Positions 23,266 to 34,446 of a DNA stretch of 64,000 bases are shown here, in pieces. Position 1 is the stretch's first letter; each line of letters begins with the position of its first letter. Source of the stretch: Phoronis australis (Eukaryota > Animalia > Phoronida); NCBI GenBank assembly GCA_002633005.1, contig NMRA01000127.1, forward strand, positions 186,001-250,000, read 5' to 3'. A program made the position numbers and the translations under genes. Under the pieces are notes generated by a model. The model was not told the DNA's origin. It searched no databases and saw only the letters and a list, made by a program, of their open reading frames with translations.

Positions 23266-24404
23266 AGATATTGCTTCGACGACTATGTGAAATATTTGTA
23301 TCAACATTAAAAAACAGACAAAGTGAAATAATCAAATGCAAGCCCTCCACCCCTTCATGCGGGTTTGGAATTATCTAGTGTCGGGGAAACTGACGTTAGG
23401 TGCCACGAAGATGATTGTAAAAAGCGTAACGAAAGTACTGAACCTAAATCGTATTGCATTTTAGAAATATATTTGGGAGTCCCCATGCGGATGAGACCAG
23501 AGGACATTTGAAAACAGACAATGTTGAAAGGGTCGAGATAATTAAGTCAGGATCTCGAGATCCTGAGATAATTGAAGAAGAAACGTTCCATGTCATCTTT
23601 GGGCCACCGTAGGTGGGCGACCACGTCAATTTTACAAGCTACAGACAACTATTGCGAAATACCAAGTCAAAAAAATATTTAACGTTTCTAGCATGAATCT
23701 TTCTATTCAGATTTTCTGGTCAAAACACAGTGCCACCTGGTGTTGGGTTCCATGACTACACTAGCTTGTCGTGGTGCAGTTGCCTGGCTGCAGATTATGA
23801 GTTACATACATGCCCCGTGATTTCTTTTTAGCAATGTCAGCTGAAGTGGATAATTGTTCTGCATGGGCGGCACACCATAGGGGGCTGGAGAACTATAGCC
23901 CACACTTTTTTCAGTGCTACGCTGCTCATGGTCTATGGGCGATGCACCACAGGGGGGCTGGGGGTCATAGCCCCCCACTTTTTTCAGTGCTGCGCCACCC
24001 CGGTTCTGCTTACGTTAAACTTTACTTCTTTACGTAAATGTACCATCATGACAAAGCTTATTATGTAACGTGTGTACAGTATAATGGGTCATTAGTATTG
24101 ACATCACTATGGGCTGGGGTTTATGAACTTGCCTTTATTGTTAACCATTGTAATGTAATAAACATATGCAAAATTGAGTGCTTGACCTGTTCAACTAACT
24201 GGTGACATCATGGGTTCATGAATTTGAGCCCAATGATAAATGTTGTGTTGTGCGCAAATGTGCTTGATCATGTTGTTTGAATGACAGATGTCAGCCAACA
24301 TATTGGATTTGGGTTACCTATTACTTTATTTGGATAGGAATAGGTCAATACATATATTAAGGAAATATTGCAACTTTTCTAGAGTAAAATTTCTTACTAT
24401 ATAA

Positions 24405-25880
24405 ACATTCTCTTACTTAACTGTAGAGGTCACGCAGACAAAATGAAGAGAAAAGACAATTTCAGAATCATTTGTTTACAAGATATACATGTCAAAACCA
24501 AGTCTTGAAAATTCTTTCAGAAACAAATGGGGTTTTGATGTCAAATATTAGAGGAGTTGATATATCGTTTAATAATAATTTTCAGTATATTTTCCATCGT
24601 CAGATTATTGCCTAAGCGGATAGTTATCTAGTTTTAGACATTACTGTCAATAAGTATTTTAAATTTGCACTGATTAAAATATACCGTTCAAACCATGACG
24701 AACCTAGTTTTCTCAAACACAATGAAATTGATTTTGAAAACGATGCTTTTCTAATGTATAGGGACTGGAGTATGATAATCGATAGCTCAAAAGTCGCGTT
24801 TAACTATTGAAATATTAACAATCCAAATGCACGCGAAAATATTTTAGAGGTTATAAAAGAAAACAAATTGTATGATATTAGGCGAGTATTTCACCAAGAC
24901 GAAAATAGTTTCGCGTGGTTTAAAAACACCCTGTGAACATGGGTAGATTGGATTTTTCCTTGCTGCGGTTGACTTTTCTCCAGTTTTCACACTCTTCTAT
25001 TTTTCAAGCCTATAGATCAGGGGCCTATTCCAAGAAACTGACTTAAGTTCATTTTTGACTTAAGCTAAAGATCTGTCTTGCAGTTTTTGAAACTTCCACA
25101 TTCGGTAGGTTAGCCAAAATTAAGACAAAACACTTTAGCCAAACCTAAGATCTCTTTCTTGAATTTGTTTTGAGACAATTTTAACTTTTCTTTTAAAATT
25201 TACTAAACTTTTAAGATTTGCCTTTGTCAGTTTTGTTGGAACGGGATTCAGATCACGCCGCGGTGTTACTTAAAGTTTGTATTTCTGAAGAAAAAAAAGT
25301 GGGAAGGTTACTGGAAATTTAATATTTCATTGTTGCCTAATCAAGATTTTTTCAAAGCGATAAAAAACGAATATTGAAAATATTTACATTTTTAAACTTC
25401 TTCAAAAGACTGGGGGTGAATACACTGATTTTCATGTGGGCCCAGTCGGAAATAATTACATGAAATAAAATACATACATGTATGCAGTCAGTCCGTACTC
25501 AAGAGAGATTACTTCTCGTTGCCCGAATGAACATCTTCAATTGATCACATATGATCAATTATTATGGGAAAGAATTTACTTCAACTGAGAGGTTGAATAA
25601 CACAGTTTTCGTCTGCTATTAAACACCATGATATTCAGAGAGAGAAAACTTTTCGGGCAAACATCGCGGAAGTTGACGGAAAATTGGCAATGGAACCAAG
25701 TAATGCTGAACAATACCTTCCTAGGTTAGAAACATTCAAGAGTAAGTTAGAAGAATTAAATAATAAAAATTGAATCTGTCATGGTTAGATCTAGAACTAG
25801 ATGGTTTGCATGAGAAGAAAAATCTTCGAAATATCTTTGCTATTTAGAAAATATAAATCATAAAGTAAAAAATTAAAGAA
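24405..25880 (+). mobile_element. Duplicated, truncated copy of the Tx1/L1 endonuclease region
   Basis: Colinear with 6870-8185, with the same MITE insertion. Confidence 0.85.
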
Positions 25881-25902
25881 ATTAGGGACTGAGTCCTTAA
25901 AT

Positions 25903-26111
25903 TGGGTGCGTTGCACGAAAAGATCCCTATTTATTTCCAATAATATTGAGAATGCAATCTAGAGCTCACTCTCGATTTGTATCAAAGCCAAAAATATGAT
26001 ACCAAAACAGAATGGGATAGGACATTCAGGGTTTACACAAGCCCACAAATGCACTGTAGGATTAGAGAACTTAGACGAGTCCCTATTTGGGACTGTTTCA
26101 TGCAACCGAGC
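25903..26111. mobile_element. Probable Harbinger-type MITE
   Basis: Imperfect TIRs GGGTGCGTTGCACGAAA / TTTCATGCAACCGAGC. Confidence 0.45.
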
Positions 26112-26689
26112 ACTGAGCTCTACAGATAGGCTTCGTTTATTTGTATTTTATTCAGGTTTGTCTTCTTCAATGGAGTACAGAGCAACATGTTGTACATTAA
26201 GTTTTAATTCAAGGCAAAATGCCTCTAGGGAGTAAAATCTCTAAAAGTATGCTACAAGAACTAACCTTGGTCACGGAACAGTATGAATTTTTTTACTCAC
26301 TACGTAAAAATGGGTTTCCGCTGGTGGTTCTATTTTCCTCGGTGGTTATTGTTATTCTTATTGCTACGACTCCAAAATAGACATCATTAAACGTTGCCAG
26401 TCAAAATATTGACGGCCAATACTCATCAAATATTTATTAAAAGATGCCGCTTATTTTTGTTACCCTTGCCAATTATCTCAATCAGTGTTGTGGGTGATAT
26501 CACATGCCTATGACAAGTTGCAGCTGTGAGCTTTGGGCAAGTGTTCTTACCCAGCACATTTGTGATTTTTTTCTTCAGGAATTATGAGAGCACATTATGC
26601 TGCTTAGATATGAGAGCATACAAATTCCACTGTGTACCCTTCCCATCTGATGTTGGTGATTTAGACCACATGAGGAAATCATTCCTAGA

Positions 26690-27890
26690 AAACAGTCGCA
26701 CAGACATCTGGGTATGCTGTTAGATGAAAAACTCTCATTCACCCCTCACGTTCGGGAGCTCGTACAAAAAACTCAGGAACTAATAAACCCACTTGAGCTT
26801 GTCTCTCGTCATCTGAATTCTACACATTTAGAAGTTTTGTTCAAATCCTTTGTACTTCCACACATTGATTATTGTGATATTATATATCAGTCTGCCAATA
26901 CGGGTGCACTCCAACATTTGGAGAAGTTACAATATCAAGCCGCCTTACTCATAACCGGGGCTTACAGGGGATCCAATAGTGTTAAGGTTTTGAGTGGTCT
27001 CAAGTGGCCCAAACTGTCTACTCGACGCAATCTTCACATGACCACGTTTACTTTCAAGGTAATAAACAATGTCAACAACGTGTCTGTCAAAAAATATTTG
27101 ATCTATATACTAGACAAGGCCATCGTAGTGATTTGAGATCCTCCACCCCATATGCAATTCCTCCGTCGTTCAGTCAGGCATTCAGAAGGTCTACAGTCAT
27201 AATGTGCATCAACAACTGGAATTCTCTTCCAGTCTCTGTTAAGGAAAGCAACTCTTTTACGAGTATAAAAAATAATTTAGAACCGTTTTTCATAATTTTG
27301 ATAACTCAACACCCTTTACTCAATTCTCCCCTACCCGCGATAACAAAATAGCATTGTACAGATCAAGATGTGGTCTTTTCCTCAACTCTGACAGGTTCAG
27401 GCACAACTTTAGTAATGTCTCTCCAAACTAAATGTGGTGACCGTCAATCTTATCCTCACATTTTCTTCAAATGTCCGCTCATCGAATCCCTGAGAGACTC
27501 ACTCTCCGCACTCAATGATAACCAATCAATTGTTAACGCTCTCAATTCGTGTAATAATATCCGTACTAGAGTTACATTATTACTGAATGGTAGTCCTAAC
27601 CTTGACTTCGTTCTCAACGAATTCCTCCTAAGCAACGTTAGCAAATTTTTATGTACCGTTTATCAATATTGTTGCATATGATTTCCCTACATGAATCTGT
27701 ACATAATTTTGTTTTTACATATCTGTAATAGCATGTCTAAGTATTGGAATACTTATTTTAGATACTACTTAATTGTATATACCTCCATGTATATAAGTTT
27801 CATTTATGAATTTACAACCCAGATATAATGCTTCGCGGTTTCTGGGTTTGTTATTATTTCTTTGTATGTTTTGTGTATCCTTCAATAAAT
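26690..27890 (+). mobile_element. 5'-truncated CR1/L2-type LINE (RT C-terminus, Cys/His tail, 3' UTR)
   Basis: HLGMLLDEKLSF, LFKSFVLPHIDYCDIIY, LEKLQYQAALLITG, L.W..LSTRR, WNSLP, KCG...HIFFKCP across three frameshifted ORFs. Confidence 0.85.
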
Positions 27891-29416
27891 ATATATCACA
27901 GTGTAGTGTAGACCACATGGTTCTGTGTTATAATTTTGAAGATATTTTGTGATTTGTGAAAGTAAATTGACGGATTTTGCAATGGCTCGGCTGTGAGTAA
28001 TATGGCTTGGTCTAATTCTCGTTTGTGAATATTCTACATATTTCCCTGCTGATTTTGTGGTATAGCGAAAATAAATATCCATTATCAAAACATGAGTCTC
28101 ATGTTATACCATTCCCATTATGATATTTTGATTGTGTGGGATAATGTAATCAATAATGAAAAAAACTAAGGATTGCCACATTTGAAACTCCTCTGCGCAT
28201 TTATTTACGGACTTAGTACGGTGGACTTACATTTTTTCTCTACCACAAGCATTTTAGACTCAATGCGGAACGTCATTTAGAGGGCTCTAAATTTGATACG
28301 GTACTAAAGTTTCGAAAAGACCGGACTAGTGAACGTACCAAAGTCGGTCCCATTACGTAAGCGCCACAGGTTTGGTCCGAACTATATTGCTCGACCGCCC
28401 TAATTTATCTTCCCGCTCCACTTTAGTGCGGAGTTCTTTCGTCCAGGGTATTAGCCAGGGTACTAGAAATTTTGATTTTTGGCCTTAAAAGGTACATGTA
28501 CATTTGATTTCTGCATAGTATATTTGTTAATTTTACTTGGCAGTGGGTGTGGAACATATCACCCTAACTTTGTACCTTATCTGCGTTTCTGACGTTTTTC
28601 AAATGCATGCAGTGCGCAAGTGGATACAGGGGATAGCAGTCTTAACAAATACTCTGTTTACATCGAATCCACCCGTCGTAAAGGAGACCGCTTTTGTGCC
28701 GACATTGAGCAGGTAATCTTCAACACCCGGACAAGTGAAACCTCAAGTTTGTGCCCGATGGCTTGGGCGGCGCACCATAGGGGTATGGAGGGCTATAGCC
28801 CCCCACTTTTTCCAGTGCTGTGCCGACTACGGTCTATGGGTGGTGCACCACAGGGGGGCTGGGTGGCCATAACCACCCCCCCCCCACTTTCCTCAGTGCT
28901 GTGCCGCCCATGGATGGGCAAGTTGAATTGAAAGTTCTGTTCGGAAATTATACTCACTCTGAACGAAATTTTTCGTTTATTGAGCAGTAGCAGTTCAGTT
29001 AGGGAATGCCGGATATTCGTCACATGATGTTTATGGGGACCGTTCAGTAATTGTCTCGCTGCGAGAAATTCATCCAAAACCACGTGGTTCCGTCGAAAAC
29101 ACGCGGCGACATAGTGTTGCGTAATGTTGCTTATTAGCAAGACACTATGATTACTGCACGCTCCTCAGAATTATCGTCTGCGTCTGCTTGGACCATAGAC
29201 ATCTTAATTCTGTAGACCAGGCGCACGTGCTGCTGCAGCTGACAACGACATAGTGGAGAGTGCTACCATAGACTATAGTACATGGACCGCCAACTCCGTA
29301 TACTTTCAATGGACGAAATCTGTGAGCTTGCGCACAAGCCTTTACGTCATTATTCACTGGCGACACCTGGCTAAATTATCTGGTGTAATTTCCGGCAAGT
29401 ACGTCATCTGCTAATC

Positions 29417-29638
29417 ATGGTCGGCTGCTGTGTGGCCGGTTGTTCGGCTACGCAGGCGAAATGCAGAGGCGTTAGCTTCCATAGTGTACGGAGACCCCAA
29501 AATCCGCTGTGGGAGAAAAAGTTATGTTCTCGCGTCGACGTGAATGGAAGTTGTTCTTCCAAAAAAAACTTGTACATTTGTTCACGTCACTTCGAAGATG
29601 GGTGTTTTTTAAGAGGCTCTGGTAGGCCTACTACTTAA
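29417..29638 (+). CDS. THAP zinc-finger domain (probable first exon of an element-borne transposase)
   Basis: MVGCCVAGC...SFH...P..W...ICSRHFE (C2CH THAP signature); possible donor G|GTAGGC near 29622. Confidence 0.7.
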   Translation: MVGCCVAGCSATQAKCRGVSFHSVRRPQNPLWEKKLCSRVDVNGSCSSKKNLYICSRHFEDGCFLRGSGRPTT

Positions 29639-30394
29639 TCCTGTCTTCACAAATCCATTTTTCTTTTCTCCGTTTTGAAATTGATGAAAACTATCTGGTA
29701 AACTTTTTGACGAAAAATGTCCGCTAAATTTCTTCCAATGGTAGTGACTGGTGAACTCTTGTCCTTACGAGGACCTTCAGCCATAGTCTAGTGAGCGAAT
29801 TAACCAAATTACTCTTCGGTGGCCCTGATCAGACGGTTGGTCTCAGCATAATGCGCACATTAGGCCAGGATTTGGATCAGCGATTTCAACAAATTCACAT
29901 TCGTGTACAAATAAATAGGACGCTAGTAAAACCTTTAACATACCTGTAAATAAAGATTACATTAATACTTCAGAAATAAATACCTGGACCTGTCAAAATC
30001 TATCCCGCAATTCAACAGCAGGCTACATACTCAATTATTTATGTCGACTGTATGCCGCACAAAACTTGAACCATCTTAGCAAAGTACGCTGCAGTCTATG
30101 AAAATACCAGAATAACGAAAAACCTCGGAAGCAAGGGAAATGAACCCTAAGAGGTAGCAAGCAAGATAAAGGGGGTGGTAGGGACGTGAAGCTGACGTGT
30201 GCCTAATTTTCAATTTCATACTTTTATGTGGCATTTTCATAATTTTGATTTGAGATGTCAACTCAGATCAAACGGTTTGAAAGTTCGGATTTTTAATTTG
30301 AACTTGAGTTGCACTGCACGTGACCTTTTATGAATTTACCGTAGTTGGCTACAGACAGGCCCACCTTTATGAAAACAAGCAACGTAGACAAACG

Positions 30395-30551
30395 CATGCG
30401 CGCACCCAGGGGAAAAGTCCAAGAGAAAGAGACGAAAGTCCACAATACGGCAGTACCCCGTTTTTTATTTTAGTTCTCACGCTTTTTGTTAGCAAAAGGT
30501 CCACTTTGCCAGAGATTCGAGCCCCCGTATTAGAGGCTGGGTGCGCGCATG
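30395..30551. mobile_element. CATGCGCGCAC MITE with 5-bp TSD (second copy 31072-31210)
   Basis: TIR CATGCGCGCACYCAG/CTGGGTGCGCGCATG; exact TSDs AAACG and CACGT. Confidence 0.9.
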
Positions 30552-31707
30552 AAACGTCTATACAAATTGCACCCAATGCAGCTCCTGGTTTAAACGCGGG
30601 CTTCTTTTTCAAAGTTTGGTCAGGTATAAATAACGCCACAAACATGGAGGTTCACTGAAACACGTCTACCTTACAGATGTGACAATCCCTAACAAAGGCG
30701 GATCTACAGGGGGGGTTCAGGGGGTTTAAGCCCACCCTCGGGACAGGATAAAAAATAAAAACTGGAAAAAAAATCGCCAGAAAAACGAATTTAGCTACTA
30801 AAAATCCCCAAAAATCTTACACGGGAGGAGGGAAACCCTCTCGCGACCTTCCTTCTCCTCGGCGCTACGCGCCTCGGATTCTTTCGAATCCTAAACCCCC
30901 CCTTACTGAAATCGTAGATCTGCCACTGCCTAGCCACGGAAAACTTGAGAGGCCGACAAAAATACTAATGATGAAATACCGGTGATGATAATCATCCACT
31001 TTGTTAATTTACTTCACCTACACAATTGGAAATAGCCGCTAAAATGAAACTCATTCGAGTAAGCACCACGTCATGCGCGCACTCAGAGGGGGGGTTCGAG
31101 CCCCCCCCCTTGGCGAAGTGGGCAAAAAGGTCTGCCCGCTCTCTTGTTAACAACAGGTCCATAACGTCAGGAATTCGAGCCCCCCATTTTGAAGACTGGG
31201 TGCGCGCATGCACGTGAGTCCCTGGACAGCCCCAATATGGTAAAACCCAAGGAGCTCAAGTCGGGGTTAAATCAGGATGGGCATAAATAAGGAAATTTAC
31301 TGTATCAACAGATTAGACAAATAAGAATAAGATACAAAGCATTGATACAGTGTACACGCGCACAATAACTGGGTCTATCAATTTTCCCGCCGCAAGCGAT
31401 TGAACCAATCGGATCACCAATGGCGCAAACCTTTCGAAAACAAGCCTAATTTTTAGGGAGTCTGTTACTGCTCTTTATATTTTCAAAACTTTAATTTGTT
31501 ATAGTTAATTTATTTGCTGTGCACCTCAATGAGACCAGTTCATATATATGCATTTAACACTATTAATACATTGTAAAATCATAGATTATGCACTATCAAC
31601 ATGAGCCAAAAACAGTACACCCCTTTATTAAAAAATGGGTTAAAGGTTAGAAACAAAGGACGAGAGCGTAGACAAGTTTCCATCACTTGCAACGTCGATT
31701 TTTTACG

Positions 31708-32029
31708 ATGGACGTTGGAGAAGAACATCAGTCTGGTGACAGCAACACGGAATCGTACGAAGGCGATGATTTTCGAAATTTGATTCGTTGTGTTGTTTGT
31801 CATTTTTTTCCTACAGTTCAGGATTATTTGTGGATACAGGAACAAGAACTGAACGATGCAGGGTTCGTGACAACGTTGGTGAACGGTGATATCTATCTAA
31901 GTAAGGTGTTACAACTGTCATCGATATTGTCATCTCCTCTGTTTTCATCCAACCTTTCCAGATGAAAACTTGAATGAAGAGGACCTTCAGTACTTGAGTG
32001 AGCATGGTATACTGTGTGATTTATGTTGA
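31708..32029 (+). pseudogene. PHD-like (C4HC3) zinc-finger ORF, frameshifted by a 4-bp TAAG duplication
   Basis: Same ORF as 58667-58984 plus 4 extra bases (ctaagtaaggtg near 31897-31905); keeps CVVC. Confidence 0.65.
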
Positions 32030-33238
32030 ATTATTCAACGGTTCTTTTAAGAACCATTTCACGCTATACCTACAACCAACGGCCCTTTTAAGGGCCACTC
32101 AACACTTCCCAGAAGAACTGCTCACTTGAGAATGTTGATTTATCAACACGCTTTCGTAGTTTTCTCAGTAGGCCTATGTGAACCGTAAATCAAAAACTGT
32201 CCGATAACTATGCTGCTATTGGGCAAGCAGACGACATAAAGGGTCGGAACCGAAGTTTGAATTTTGAAATTAATTACCAGTAGCATTGCCAAAAGTACTC
32301 ACAATACCAACACTTTTACTATTGAAAGACTATGAAAATCGTTTCAATACCGAAATTAATATAAATTAATGTTTTTTTTTCGCTGTTTTGGAAAGTAGAT
32401 GCAGGTATTTCTCGTCAAATTAAAACTGACCGGAAACTGCAGCAGATAGGTCAGGAGAGTTCAACTCAGCTCGTAAGAATATGCCGGAGTTGCGAATCTG
32501 TTGTCTATAATCTATGGTGCTACTAGTTACGTGACACGGCTAATTGACCTACCGCAAGCTCCGCCCCTATACGAAAAGTCACGTGATACCCGACAATCGA
32601 CCTAGATGTCAGAGGCAAATACGCTGTCGCTAAACGACGTTCCTGGTGGAATCGATGAGTGTTTTTGCACTATTTGAAAACTCTTCAACAGAGACAAGAG
32701 GCGATGCTTTTCAACAGAGAATCGTACGTTCATGATATTGGAATTTGTAACGGTGACGATGAAACAATAAGTGCTCGAGGAGCCAGGGAAAATCCGAAGA
32801 ACCCCTCGGCCTCTGGGCCACCTTCACCAGACAAATGACAAGGCCACTGATACGATATGTTCATGTAAAGTTGGTATGTACCTCAAAGTCGAATTATCTG
32901 TACGATTCCATAGATTTCAAGACCTTTCGATTAAAATCAGTGAAGATTCACCGGTATTTTTATTCTGTCGTCTGCTAAATTTCGCCAAATGAAAAGTAGG
33001 TCACAACTGGTGGGACTCCTGAAGTAAAGTAGGTCATAGATTATAAACAAGACATGCACTATATAGTCTCTGACCAGGTCGACTCGATAGCACTGTTTAC
33101 GCGTTTCTGACCTTGTAACGAAATATTTTGATAAAAAATTCAGGTTCATAGCTCAGGTACACACTCATCTGGTCCTAGGCAAACAGTTAGCTCCGGTAGG
33201 TCTAGGACTGTGTCTAAGTCAAATTTATGTCTGGAATT

Positions 33239-33575
33239 CAGTTGCGGATCTAGGATACCAAAGGGGGGCCCCAACATATGTTGCCTCGACTAATTGAGAA
33301 GTGCGATTGTATGTGCACAGGCGGCCCGAAAGTTGCAGGGTCCAGGGATGTAGACCTTTGAACCTTCTGTTCAGAAAATCTATGGATGCACTAAAAAAAA
33401 CAGGAACACGATTCCGCCGCGATCTGGGGTCTGAGCCCCCCATCTACCGCTACCGGTCGTAGTTACTGGACTCAATATTTTCTCACGCTCTTCCTGTTTC
33501 TTTTTGCTTGCGGCAGCCAAGGGGGTGGGCTCGAGCCCCTGCCCCCCCCCCCCCCCNCCCCTAAATCCGCCTATG
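33239..33575. mobile_element. MITE with 5-bp TSD
   Basis: CAGTTGCGGATCTAG...TAAATCCGCCTATG, flanked by GAATT on both sides. Confidence 0.75.
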
Positions 33576-34214
33576 GAATTGTCCGTTTGCACCACTAAGA
33601 CAAATAGGCGTACCTTCTTATGAACTTGGCATTTTTTGTAGTTTCATTCCATAAAGGCAGCTTTCATTTAATTTTGAAGGTAGCATGATCACCAAGTCGT
33701 AGTATGGTTACAAAAGATTACAAGTCTGGTGTGGTAGTTCTAAAAATAGGGAATTTACAAAAAATAACTCAAATTCTTTTTTAAAGCTTCATAAATCTAA
33801 GTATCATGTTTGAACAACTTCAAAATGAGCTCCCTCTAACTCTACAGACATAGTGTATAATAGAGGTACACGTTAAAAAGTAATTCAACAGTTTATTTTT
33901 AGTGACAACAGCTCGACCAAGGCAGTAATCCAGTGCCCTTCCCTGTGCCGATCGAATATTTAAATTTTGACCGGGAGAAAAAGTTCAGTTGAACGCTAGC
34001 GTACGGTATATGAATAACAAAAATGTACCTCTGATACGAAACAAAATAATGTCCATTAGGTTGAAATAAATTTAAAAAAAATAAAATAGAAATGTCCTTG
34101 AAAACAACAATTTCCGCTAGAGTGCTGAGATCCAGAAGGTGCCGAGACAAAGGCGGCCAGACGTAGGAAACTCGGGAGTCAAAATCTGAGATAACCCTGC
34201 ACCATAGCCACCAA

Positions 34215-34446
34215 CCTGAAAGTGCGTATCTTGGAACTAATATATTTGTGTTTATTATAGCCTTCGAGTTATCAAGCAACATTGCTAAGTTCAGCTGCTC
34301 GTGTGGCCGTATAGTTTGATCCATAGTTTACGCTTTTCAACATCATTTTTCGGCTTAGGACATGCCAAAAAAATGACAGGATATTATTCTGGAGCGGCAC
34401 AACGGCTGGCGGTGCTGCACACGCCATATCAACACCGTTTCCCCAT
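34215..34446 (-). pseudogene. Decayed THAP domain from a DNA transposon
   Basis: MGKRC*YGVCSTASR...VIFLACPKPKNDVEKRKLWIK..RPHEQLN...KHKYISSK, with stops and frameshifts. Confidence 0.6.

Larger units (their letters stand above)
29267..32516 (+). mobile_element. P/Galileo-like non-autonomous DNA transposon carrying THAP and PHD-like ORFs
   Basis: Termini CATAGACTATAG / CTATAATCTATG; exact 7-bp TSD GTGCTAC at 29260-29266 and 32517-32523. Confidence 0.8.
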
